Made by a program: the position numbers and the translations under genes. Below the pieces are notes generated by a model. The model did not search any database. It saw nothing but the letters and a program-made list of their open reading frames with translations, and had not been told where the DNA came from. A stretch of 64,000 bases of DNA from Eledone cirrhosa (Eukaryota), in the NCBI GenBank assembly GCA_964016885.1, contig OZ024745.1, forward strand, positions 66,464,001-66,528,000. The letters are read 5' to 3'. Position 1 is the stretch's first letter. The number at the start of each line of letters is the position of its first letter. Shown in pieces: positions 25,672-37,000 of this stretch.

Positions 25672-25758
25672 GTTCAACACTGACAAAGGAACGCTGTACT
25701 AGTTTCAAGCTTGTTAGCTATCGTCAGCAACGTATACCTTCCTGCCAGATTGTTGAAC
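25672..25758 (-). ncRNA. Type I hammerhead ribozyme, copy 1 (core 25691-25733; predicted cleavage after GUA, between 25697 and 25696)
   Basis: Minus strand: GUUCAACA AU CUGGCA GG AAGG UAU ACGUUG-CUGACGA-U AGC UAACAA GCU U-GAAAC UA GUA^CAGCGU U CCUU UGUCAG UGUUGAAC. Stem I ACGUUG/CAGCGU is extended by AAGG/CCUU, CUGGCA/UGUCAG and GUUCAACA/UGUUGAAC. Confidence 0.85.
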
Positions 25759-25799
25759 GTATATACTTACCTTATGCATATTAACGGCTGAGTAGCCCA

Positions 25800-25807
25800 A
25801 TTTGCAT
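25800..25807 (-). promoter_or_regulatory. Octamer motif ATGCAAAT (present in the four complete units)
   Basis: Exact ATTTGCAT on the + strand, with a related TTATGCATATT at 25772-25782; function not demonstrated. Confidence 0.3.
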
Positions 25808-26091
25808 ATTGAGTGGGTTAATCGGCCGGGTGCACCGAAAACGATAAACGGAAAAAATGAAAGGATATTTCATTTCCCACTCTTAGTACGGCTGTTACTT
25901 AAATATAAGTATGTACACGTGCATACATATATGTATACAGACGTACAGTAGTATGTATATATATATACATACATGCACACATATATATATGCACGTATGG
26001 ATTCACCGAACATTTATTATAATGCTCGGTGTGTTTGTAAACAAACATCCCGTATTAAGCCGTAGTGTCTAGCAACCACCGTTGCTCGTTT

Positions 26092-26178
26092 GTTCAACAC
26101 TGACAAAGGAACGCTGTACTAGTTTCAAGCTTGTTAGCTATCGTCAGCAACGTATACCTTCCTGCCAGATTGTTGAAC
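26092..26178 (-). ncRNA. Type I hammerhead ribozyme, copy 2
   Basis: Identical to copy 1, +420 bp. Confidence 0.85.
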
Positions 26179-26511
26179 GTATATACTTACCTTATGCATA
26201 TTAACGGCTGAGTAGCCCAATTTGCATATTGAGTGGGTTAATCGGCCGGGTGCACCGAAAACGATAAACGGAAAAAATGAAAGGATATTTCATTTCCCAC
26301 TCTTAGTACGGCTGTTACTTAAATATAAGTATGTACACGTGCATACATATATGTATACAGACGTACAGTAGTATGTATATATATATACATACATGCACAC
26401 ATATATATATGCACGTATGGATTCACCGAACATTTATTATAATGCTCGGTGTGTTTGTAAACAAACATCCCGTATTAAGCCGTAGTGTCTAGCAACCACC
26501 GTTGCTCGTTT

Positions 26512-26598
26512 GTTCAACACTGACAAAGGAACGCTGTACTAGTTTCAAGCTTGTTAGCTATCGTCAGCAACGTATACCTTCCTGCCAGATTGTTGAAC
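26512..26598 (-). ncRNA. Type I hammerhead ribozyme, copy 3
   Basis: Identical to copy 1, +840 bp. Confidence 0.85.
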
Positions 26599-26931
26599 GT
26601 ATATACTTACCTTATGCATATTAACGGCTGAGTAGCCCAATTTGCATATTGAGTGGGTTAATCGGCCGGGTGCACCGAAAACGATAAACGGAAAAAATGA
26701 AAGGATATTTCATTTCCCACTCTTAGTACGGCTGTTACTTAAATATAAGTATGTACACGTGCATACATATATGTATACAGACGTACAGTAGTATGTATAT
26801 ATATATACATACATGCACACATATATATATGCACGTATGGATTCACCGAACATTTATTATAATGCTCGGTGTGTTTGTAAACAAACATCCCGTATTAAGC
26901 CGTAGTGTCTAGCAACCACCGTTGCTCGTTT

Positions 26932-27018
26932 GTTCAACACTGACAAAGGAACGCTGTACTAGTTTCAAGCTTGTTAGCTATCGTCAGCAACGTATACCTT
27001 CCTGCCAGATTGTTGAAC
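26932..27018 (-). ncRNA. Type I hammerhead ribozyme, copy 4
   Basis: Identical to copy 1, +1260 bp. Confidence 0.85.
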
Positions 27019-27351
27019 GTATATACTTACCTTATGCATATTAACGGCTGAGTAGCCCAATTTGCATATTGAGTGGGTTAATCGGCCGGGTGCACCGAAA
27101 ACGATAAACGGAAAAAATGAAAGGATATTTCATTTCCCACTCTTAGTACGGCTGTTACTTAAATATAAGTATGTACACGTGCATACATATATGTATACAG
27201 ACGTACAGTAGTATGTATATATATATACAAACATGCACACATATATATATGCACGTATGGATTCACCGAACATTTATTATAATGCTCGGTGTGTTTGTAA
27301 ACAAACATCCCGTATTAAGCCGTAGTGTCTAGCAACCACCGTTGCTCGTTT

Positions 27352-27438
27352 GTTCAACACTGACAAAGGAACGCTGTACTAGTTTCAAGCTTGTTAGCTA
27401 TCGTCAGCAACGTATACCTTCCTGCCAGATTGTTGAAC
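27352..27438 (-). ncRNA. Type I hammerhead ribozyme, copy 5
   Basis: Identical to copy 1, +1680 bp; the array is truncated 7 bp beyond it. Confidence 0.85.
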
Positions 27439-27442
27439 GTAT

Positions 27443-27616
27443 ATAAATGTTCGGTGAATCCATACGTGCATATATATATGTGTGCATGTATGTATATATA
27501 TATACATACTACTGTACGTCTGTATACATATATGTATGCACGTGTACATACTTATATTCAAGTAACAGCCGTACTAAGAGTGGGAAATGAAATATCCTTT
27601 CATTTTTTCCGTTTAT
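27443..27616 (+). repeat. Inverted partial copy (~174 bp) of the 420-bp unit, capping the array
   Basis: ATAAATGTTCGGTGAATCCATACGTGC...CATTTTTTCCGTTTAT is the reverse complement of the unit; one substitution (27559); ATA microhomology at the junction. Confidence 0.95.
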
Positions 27617-27627
27617 ATTTATATATT

Positions 27628-27662
<35 letters not shown>

Positions 27663-27804
27663 GTATATATATATATATAAATATATAAATATATATATAA
27701 ATATATATATAAATATATAAATATATAAATATATATATATAAATATATAAATATATATATATAAATATATATATATAAATATATATATAAATATATATAT
27801 ATAA

Positions 27805-27849
<45 letters not shown>

Positions 27850-27860
27850 TATATATATAA

Positions 27861-27916
<56 letters not shown>

Positions 27917-28009
27917 TTATATATATATATATTTATATAGATATATTTATATATTTATATATATATTTATATATATATATTTATATATTTATATATATAT
28001 TTATATATT

Positions 28010-28086
<77 letters not shown>

Positions 28087-28107
28087 TTATATATATATTT
28101 ATATATT

Positions 28108-28158
<51 letters not shown>
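27617..28158. repeat. Long (TA)n/(TAAA)/(TTTA) compound microsatellite
   Basis: Direct reading. Confidence 0.95.
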
Positions 28159-28159
<1 letters not shown>

Positions 28160-28161
<2 letters not shown>

Positions 28162-28385
28162 TGGAGGCACATGGCTTAGTGGTTAGAGCTTTGGCCTTGC
28201 AATCGAAAGGTTGTGAGTTCAATTCTCCACTGCAAAGTGGTCGTGTAGGTGCCACGCCAAAAAAAGCACTGTGAATGAGGTAGGTGTTAGGAAGGGCATC
28301 CAGCTGTAGAAATCAAGCCACAATCAGTTCCCATCCCACCCTTGCAAGCAGGGAAAAGCGGACGTAAAATGAAATGATGATGATG
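28160..28385 (+). mobile_element. SINE family B with internal deletion (tRNA head joined to RTE tail)
   Basis: GTGGAGGCACATGGCTTAGTGGTTAGAGC...GAGTTCAATTCTC followed directly by the tail; lacks the CORE-like middle seen at 14797-15155. Confidence 0.8.
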
Positions 28386-28394
28386 AAATATCTG

Positions 28395-28620
28395 CTAGCT
28401 GCAAAAAGCTTTTCCCTCAAAATGAAAGGCAGACTGTATGATACATGTATACAAACAGCAATGTTACATGGTAGTGATACCAGGTAGTGAGACCATGGTA
28501 GTGAGACCATATGAGCAAGGTGCAGCATGGCCAATTGGCTAGACTGGCCTCATAATTGGAACCACCCAGTTGTACACTGTAAATGTGGTTGGAGTTAAGA
28601 AAGACATCCAGCAACTATAA
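28395..28620 (+). mobile_element. RTE LINE fragments
   Basis: FSLKMKGRLYDTCIQTAMLHGSD and a 3' UTR motif. Confidence 0.6.
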
Positions 28621-31600
28621 AAGTCCCAACAAAAATATAGGTTCTACTATGAGCAAGGTTCAGTGTGGGCAACTGCCCAGACATTCCTCAGAATAGGTCC
28701 ACCCAACTCCCAAATGCAGCTTTGCTCATGAGCAGTGTAAGGTACAACTGAATGGCCAGTCCCCTCTCAGATAATGTATGTAAAAGCTTGTTAAGTGTTT
28801 ATTAAAAAAACAGCTTTATATTGCACATCTAAACATCTATTCCTAGAATGAACAGATATGTAAACTGCATTGGTTACACATCTATGTTTACCTTCACTAT
28901 TTAATTAAATCTCTCCTCTGCTACTCTATATGATGTGAACTCCACCTCCATTTTTGATGCTTTGACCATATATCTGGGCACTGCCACTTGTAAAACCTTG
29001 GAGAGTATGACAATTAAATACTGCAACCTGATTAATCCCTTCCTTTTCATGCTAGCTACTGACATGTCCTTGGGTGTTCTCAGTTAATGAACTACTATTT
29101 TCCTCCACATAATCAGGTGGATTGCATCCCTGAGGAAGGAGCCTTGTGAGGTATTGTGACTTATACACCAGGTGTTGGTGGTTGTTCTCTGTGGCAAAGC
29201 CTTTCTAATTTTGTCTGCAGAGCACAGCTGGCATACCACTTTGACTGGGCTGTAGTTTCTGACACTCCCTCCTTCTTTTCTTTATATTCACTAGTTAATT
29301 TTTTTCTCTTTCTATTTTTTGTCTTGCTACTATATCATTCTATAAATTTTTATTTTCATGAATAAAATTTTCTGATTTTTGTTGAATTAGTTTTGATTCA
29401 GCATGACTGAAATCATATCTATATTTATGAACATTAATTATTCTAAATGCTTTTCATGACTTATTTTTAAAACGGAGTATAAAACCATAAAATCTATCAT
29501 CAATAAATGCTTGACTGCAATGAATAATGCTGAATATTTTTAAAGATTGCTTTGATTTCATATTCTACTCTTTTTTTCTATTTTAGAATGGAGTTATATA
29601 ATCATATCTAAATATCTCCATAGACATTTAGGGGTGGAGTTTTGTTTGGTCAATAATGCTTAAACAATTTATCAATGCTACAATATTGTGGATGGTAAAA
29701 GTGAAAGGATGGTGGACAAAATGCCTGGCAGTATTACTAACATCTCGTTATGTTGTCAGAGTAGTCTTTCATGTTTCTGAGGCCAATAGAATAAATGTGT
29801 GTCTGATATGAAATAACACTAAATATAAGTTCTTGTGCCTATGGTAGATGTCAGTATTCAATATTTCAGATTATTGGTGGGATTTGATCTCATAATATAT
29901 ATGTTACAAATTTTATAAGGTATTTGGTCCTTTTAAAAAACTCAATGTTGTTAATTTTTGTCCTATGTCAGCTATGATTGAGCAAGCCTCAGATCAAATA
30001 CATTCCTGCCATAACCTACCATCTTTCATTGGAACTTCATAGTGTGTCTATGAATTGAATGTGGCTTTTGTAATTTTGGTGATGTGTGATTTGAAAGAGG
30101 TTTGACTGCTATTTCTAGCAGAATTTCTAACTATGTTGAAGCAGCTATCGTTTGTTTGCATAGAAGAAAGGCATAGTTCAATAAAACAATTTCTGGGTAT
30201 TCTTTGTATCTATTTCAGCAATTTCAAAGGAATGAAGATTTATACAATCATGTATCTCATTTACCAGTTGCCTGTGTCACTGATTAGATTGCTAAGTACT
30301 TTCCGCTTCTTAATTCCTAAATTGCTGTATCAGGGAACACTATAGCAAATAATGCATTCATCATTTGATTCCTAAGGTACTTCTTGTCATGGATATTTGA
30401 ATGAAAGTGAAGTAGATTACTTTGTTGAACATTAGTGTATATATCTATCATCTTTAATGTTTTATGTAGAATATAAACCATTGTATTATTTAAAATAACT
30501 AATCAATTTGTTTGTGGATATAAAAATTAAAAAAAATGAACTAAAATATAGAATTCAAGAAAATGGCATGCCAGGTTCTCTGTAGTCAAATGAGTAACAT
30601 AATATCTGGTTGGTGTTAGAAACATGGCTTGAGCTGTGTGAGTGAGCTTATTATAATATTTTTTTCATTTTAAATTATGACATTTAATTTGATATAGGAT
30701 ATCATTACTTATTCAATTAAACCATCTATTCTCTTTTCCATTTGTATCCAGTTCTATTCTTATTTGGTATGGTGTGTCTGCGCCTTTGCAAAGTAATTTC
30801 TAGAATAGATTCCTGATACTTTCTCCAGCAAGTATAAATCTTCCATCCACAAGTATTTTGTAAATAAATATGTCATTCCTATAGGTTAGACATTGGAAAT
30901 GAATCATTAATCATGAAGTCAATTTAGTGGCAATTTAATTTAGTTCTAGATTTCTCACTACTTGTGTCAATTATCTATTATTGACAGTTGCTTGATCAAC
31001 GTTTTACCTTATTCCATGTATACTCAATTATGTTTCATATTAGATACTTGAAGTGTGTTTTTATGCAAGTTACAATGGTTCATATCTAAATGATTATTTC
31101 TGCCTCTTACATTGTTTCATTTAGGTATGACCTAACTTTGTTGTAATAGAATGATATTCCAGAGAGATGAGCAGTTCTTTTCCAGTTTTAGAATTAAGTC
31201 AAACAGGGTTAACTGCAATTCTCATAGGTGCATTTTAATTCCTGCAATAAATTATGAGTTCATGACTTCATCACATTCAGGATGCAAACTTATGAAATCA
31301 ATCACAATCCTTTCAGTCAGAGCAACAATTTAATTCAACTGGATATTTGTAACTTTGATTCAAGACCTCTGGTTGATGATATTAAGGTTAAACAGAGTTA
31401 TTAATATATTTTGGTATTATATTGATTGATGAAATTCCAATTAAAATGGCTCTACAGCTGATCTTAACTGTCGTATCACAGTCAAATATAATATTCAAAT
31501 TACAAAACATATTGTTGATATTTTGATATAATTCCAGATACCCAGTATTTCTCCATACCCTCTACACAAGTCTGTCAAATGAGCTACCCGTATTTCTTTA

Positions 31601-32967
31601 AAATATACTATCTTGGTTTTCTTTACATATACAGAAACAACAGGGAAATCACCATAAATATTTTGTTGTAGTTATTTATATATAATGACTAAACGCTAGC
31701 AAGATACAAACTTCCTTGACCTATCTAGAACATCAGTAGCCCTGCTTCAGTACTGACTTGGTCTATGTAGACCTGTCCAAACCCTTGTTAGCAGGGAAAG
31801 CAGACATTAAATGATGATGATGATATAATAAATCACATCCCATACATTTGGGTTCAACATCTTTGATTCACATACCCTGTGAGAAAGAATACTTGCAGCT
31901 AAGAAACCTTGATATAGAGGGTGAAGAGATGTCTTGTTTATGTGCAACATATAACAGGGATGCTCAAATTGATAATGTTTTCATGATTAATGTAATGTGC
32001 CACTTTCAATTGCTATTACTGCTTGTACAATCTCTAAAATAGGGAGATTTTGTCAAATAATTGGCATTAAGGAATCTAAATGATTCCATAGCAAGCAAAC
32101 AATTCAACTATAGTGTGTGCAATTACATTATATATTATATAGAAATTTATTCAAAATAATTGAAAACTAGCTGCTTTTGAAGTGCCTATTTGTCACAATG
32201 TCGATATTCTGGAAAGCTGTAATTTGCAATGATGTATGTTACAGCAATAGATTATCTGAAATATCTTTATTCAATGTACAACATATTTATAATGTTATTT
32301 TGATTTAGTGCATTTTACTTTTAATTTCAAAATATGGGATGGCATATCAATTTATTAATAAGATGTTTTTGTATATTACTGAGGACATAATTAAAATATA
32401 TCCTTTTACAATGAAATGTTGATATTTGTTGTGATTTTCATATGTAAAAATTGGATGAAATGTACGCTTCTTATAGCAATTATTGAGTAATTTAAATTTA
32501 TCAAATACTGTTCTTGAGAAAATTCTAGCTACATAGGTATGTTAAGATAGCAATAAATTATATTTAAACATCATTTTTATTGATATAAATTTCATACCTG
32601 TCAATACACACCTCTACTTATGTGCTTATTTATAGTTGAAATATGTTTCTATAAAAAAAATGTATTATATAACATTTCCTTTAAATGCATATATATATTT
32701 GTTTTACTTCAACACACACATACATATATACACACATATATATATATATAGTTCAAAATGACAAATAAACAAACGCAGGGGTCAATAATACATAGTGTTA
32801 TTAGCTTCACATATAAACATTGAAATGTACTTTAAAAAGATGATTATGATGGTGATATATTGTATTAAAAACTTGTGTTCAAATTTGATATTTAGATTTA
32901 TATCAAGGATGTAACAAATCTTAAACAGAGGTGTGTATAATAAAAGCTGTTCTCTATTCTTACACAT

Positions 32968-33160
32968 TGGTGGATTGGCAGTATTCGTAGAGGGTCTGAT
33001 GTCATGCTTTGCAGCAAAGAGTTACGGCCCTTTATGGTCTGAGTTCAAATCCCGCTGAGGTTAAATTTGCCTTTCATCCTTACGGGGTCGATAAAATAAA
33101 GTACCAGTAATACACTGTGATAATTACTGGCCTTGTGCCAAAAGTAGAAACAATTATTAT
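32968..33160 (+). mobile_element. SINE family A
   Basis: Full head, core and AGTAGAAACAATTATT tail. Confidence 0.88.
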
Positions 33161-33210
33161 TGTTTGTTTTTTTCCTTCAGTATTGTTTGATATATTATTA
33201 TCATTATTGG

Positions 33211-33656
33211 ATACTTTCCTCTTCGGTGACACCCTCATTAACCTTTTCAGGCTTCACCTGAAAAGGAAAATCAAAGTAGAGAGGGAATTGCTGCCTTCCA
33301 GCCAGTTTGTTGAAAGGTGGGTGAGAGAGGCATGAATGGCCCCGTGTGAATGGGCCTACCCTGAGCGTGGGCCTGTAGCATTGTAGGAGGAAAACTGGAA
33401 GAGGGCGCTTGCCCTAGCAGTCAGGGTAACCGCGGGTTTGTTTTTTTTTTGTGGGCTTTCTCCATGAGGGAACCGCGGAAGTCTCCCCCCTATTGGGGAA
33501 TTTTTCCTTGTTTCTTTTTTTTGTTACATCCTCTGCTTTTTGTTTTTTCATGCAGAAATGCCCACTTGTATTGTCATGTATTGTCCTTATGTCCTAAATG
33601 TTATACTTTGTGTCAATCCTTGTGGTTAATAACGAAAACATTATTATTATTATTAT
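33211..33656 (+). mobile_element. L1/Tx1-type LINE 3' end fragment
   Basis: DTFLFGDTLINLFRLHLKRKIKVERELLPSSQFVERWV, homologous to the C-terminus at 55497-55793; (TTA)n tail. Confidence 0.75.
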
Positions 33657-33760
33657 AAACACAACTGTGACCGAATATGTGAGTTTCTATATGGATGCTC
33701 AACATCCTAGAGGTTGTAAATAAATTTAACTAAAATCCCTTCCTATCATCACAAATAATA
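33657..33760 (+). repeat. Left copy of a ~103-bp inverted duplication (partner 39417-39519)
   Basis: AAACACAACTGTGACCGAATATGTGAG...CCTATCATCACAAATAATA is the reverse complement of 39417-39519 with ~2 mismatches. Confidence 0.93.
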
Positions 33761-33945
33761 GGGTGGTGGATTGGCAGTATCGGTAGAGAGTCAGACGCCA
33801 TGTTTTCCAGCATAGTTACGTCCCTTTACGGTCTGAGTTCAAATCCCGCTGAGGTTAACTTTGCCTTTCATCCTCACAGGGTCGATAAAATAAAGTACCA
33901 GTAATGCACTGGGTAATTGCTGGCCTTGTGCCAAAAGTAGAAACA

Positions 33946-33947
<2 letters not shown>
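33761..33947 (+). mobile_element. SINE family A, followed by (TTA)n to 33999
   Basis: Head, core and tail as in the other copies. Confidence 0.88.
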
Positions 33948-33999
<52 letters not shown>

Positions 34000-34000
<1 letters not shown>

Positions 34001-37000
34001 CTTGAATCTCAGTCATTGATGTTAGTTAACTGGAAAGTCCGTTGGAATGAATATCAAGCCACTACCTGCAGCATCAGATATTCAGGACGTATCGGAGGGT
34101 TCTTGCTGTTCCCAGCAAGCATGCCTTTTGAAGCATTCCAAAAAGCGTGAAGGGGCCGATTTTCTTTAACCATCCCTGGAAACTTTTGGAGATAGTCCCC
34201 AGTGCGCCTATGACAATCGGGATCACTTTGACTTCATGGCAGTTCCAAATCCTTTTTACCTCCCACTTTAAGTCCTGGTATCGGTTAATTTTCTCCCTCT
34301 CCTTCTCTTGCACTCTCGTGTCGAATGGGCAGGCCACATCCACAATCAGACACGATCTTTTTTCTTTGTCCACAACCACCAGGTCAGGTCTATTGTGTTC
34401 CAGTTTCTTGTCCGTCTGTATCCTAAAATCCCACAGCACCTTCACCTGATCGTTCTCCATCACCGCCTCTGGCTTATGCTCATACTATTTCTCAGAATGT
34501 GGTAAATTGTTTACTTTGCACAGGTGCCAGTGGATCACCCTGCCCATCACATCATGTCTCCAGCCCTTATAGTGGGTCTGGGCTAGGTGTTTACACTCGG
34601 ATACAATGTGAGCCACAGTCTCCTCTCTCTCTCCACAGATCCTGCACTGTGGGCTAGCCTCCTCCTTGTAAATATGGTGTGTCAACCACTTCGTTTTGAG
34701 GGCCTGCTCCTGCGCAGCCATTAACATTCCTTCTGTAGCCTTTTTGAGGTCTCCTCTTCTCAACCAGTTCCATGTCTGTGGATCTCTAAATTCAGTTTTC
34801 TCAAAGACGGTACTATGAAGGGATTTTCCCTGAAGGCTGCTATTTCTCCTTGATGTTATTTCCTCCTTGGACATCCCCTGGCCTATTGTCCCCTCCTTCA
34901 GTACAGTTCTGAGCATTGACTCCTTACTATCAGTCACGTATTTGTGTAGGTTGTTTTTCTCCATCTGAACACAGTCCTCTATGCTGATAAGACCTCTTCC
35001 ACCCTCAGATCTCCTTAGGTAGAGTCTATCGACATCACTCCTCTTGTGGAACATGTTGTAGATAGTCAATAGCTTCCTAGTCTTCCTATCCATTTCTTTT
35101 TGTTCAGCAACATTCCATCTCAGAATTCCCGCACTGTACCTAATAATAGACACAGCTCGGGAATTTACTGCGCTTATGGCATTTCTGCTGTTCAGATGTG
35201 ACTTCAATACGCTCCTTACTCTCCGAATGTATTCAGTTCTTAACAATTCCTTCATTTTTTTTGTTCTTTATGCCATCAGCCTCCAGAACGCCCAAATACT
35301 TGTATCCTTCCTCAGAGTCAATTTCCTTTATCATCTCACCTGTTGGTATATGGATTCCGTTACTTCTGCTCAGCCTACCCCTCCTCATCACAATGACTCC
35401 ACACTTACTAATACCAAACTGCATACATATATCACTGCTGAAAATACGGACAGTGTCAACAAGCACATCCAACTCCTTCTCACTCTTCCCGAAGAGCTTA
35501 AGATCGTCCATGAAGAGGAGGTGATTGATGGTAAGCTCTCCCTTTCCCAACTTGTATCCTGCTCTCACTTTTCGCAGCATAATGGTCAGGGGCATCAGGG
35601 CAAGGACAAACAACAGAGGGGACAGGCTATCTCCCTGGAAGATACCTCTCTTGATCTTCACGCTTCCCAAGGATTCTCCAGTTGATGTCAACTCTGTTTC
35701 CCAGGACCTCATACTCCTGCCCAGCAACTGTCTGATGTTATCTGCCACCTTGAAGATCTCCAGGCTTTTGGTGATCCAAGAATGAGGTACCATGTCGAAT
35801 GCCTTTCTGTAGCCTATCCATCCCATGGCAAGATCAGTGTGTCTCCCCCTGCAATTCCCCATTACCATCTTATCAATAAGTAACTGGTCCTTTGTAGCAC
35901 GTGACTTCTTTCGGCATCCTTTCTGTTCGTCCGGTAACAAGTTGTTTGTGTGGAGGTGATGGTAGATTTCCTCAGACACAATGCTCGTCAGCAGTTTCCA
36001 CATTACGGACAGACATGTGATAGGTCTATAGTTGGTAACATCATTACCCTTGATTCGGTCTTTCATTATCAGAACTGTGGTACCTTTTGTCAACCACTCT
36101 GGTACCTCACCTGACATCAAGCAGTCATTGAACATGGTTGTCAGTTTCGGGTGGAGGGATGTTAAATTTTTAATCCAATACCCCTGCACACCATCTGGGC
36201 CTGGTGATTTCCAGTTGTTTAGTTTTTTGGCCTGCCCCTTAAGAGTTTCAACTGTGATACTCAAATCAGTTTGTTGGCGTGCCAGCTCACCGATCTCCCT
36301 CTGTACTGTCTCAATCCACCCTGCCTGGTCATTATGTCTAACATCCTGCTCCCATATTCCTCTCCAGAATGTTTTAGTTTGTTCTGCCTCAGGGATCAAG
36401 TCGTTGCCTCTTTCTTTCCCCTCAAGCTGTCCAAACAGCATCTTCTGGTTGTTGTCGAACATGCGGTTCTGTTTATACTGACTGACCCTGTTCTCGTATC
36501 GCCTGATTTTTGCACTCTTTGCTACAATGCGTTACTTCAGTTCCTCTATGATAATATTTAGCTTTTTCCTCCTAGTTTTGTACTTTATTTCCAGTCTATT
36601 TTTAGTGCCTATGTGTTTTAGTGTCCCATTCAGTAGTGACTCAAGCTTTCCAATGTCATTTCTCATTTCCCTGATTTGACCACTCAGTCGTTTCTTCCAC
36701 CAAGGCTCTGCTCTTTCTTGTCTGTTGTTTCCTCTCGCTTTTATACCAAGTAGTTTCCTCACCGTATTTGCTGTTGCTTTGAGGATATTGTTGCACTGGT
36801 GAAGGCTCCTCGCCTCAAGGTATGGGATGACTTTGTTTACCTTAGCTATTGTTTCTTTTAACTTTTTCCTGTCTACAAATCTTAGGTTCATAGGTCTCCC
36901 ACTATCATTGTTCAATTCATCTACCACTAAATTTAGGATGTCAACCGAATCTTGTCCTAGCCCGTCAGCATTCATCTCCTCAGTGGCCGTATCTCTGTTC

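Larger units (their letters stand above)
25483..27445 (-). repeat. Tandem array of a 420-bp unit (~4.7 copies), each carrying a hammerhead ribozyme; non-LTR retrozyme-like
   Basis: Sequence repeats with an exact 420-bp period (units start at ~25481, 25901, 26321, 26741, 27161); only one substitution noticed (27230); last copy ends at 27445. Confidence 0.95.

Noticed and set aside
25763-25772. ATACTTACCT, identical to the 5' end of U1 snRNA, in each complete 420-bp unit
   Set aside because: The following sequence does not match U1 (no GGCAGGGG, stem-loops or Sm site). It is better read as a minus-strand splice-donor consensus.
25483-27445. Array as a CRISPR array, spliced-leader RNA cluster or 5S/tRNA cluster
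   Set aside because: Units are wholly identical with no variable spacers and no cas genes. No Sm-binding site follows the donor, and there is no 5S or tRNA similarity.
28160-28228. tRNA-like sequence with A and B boxes
   Set aside because: No complete cloverleaf or acceptor stem; it is the head of a SINE
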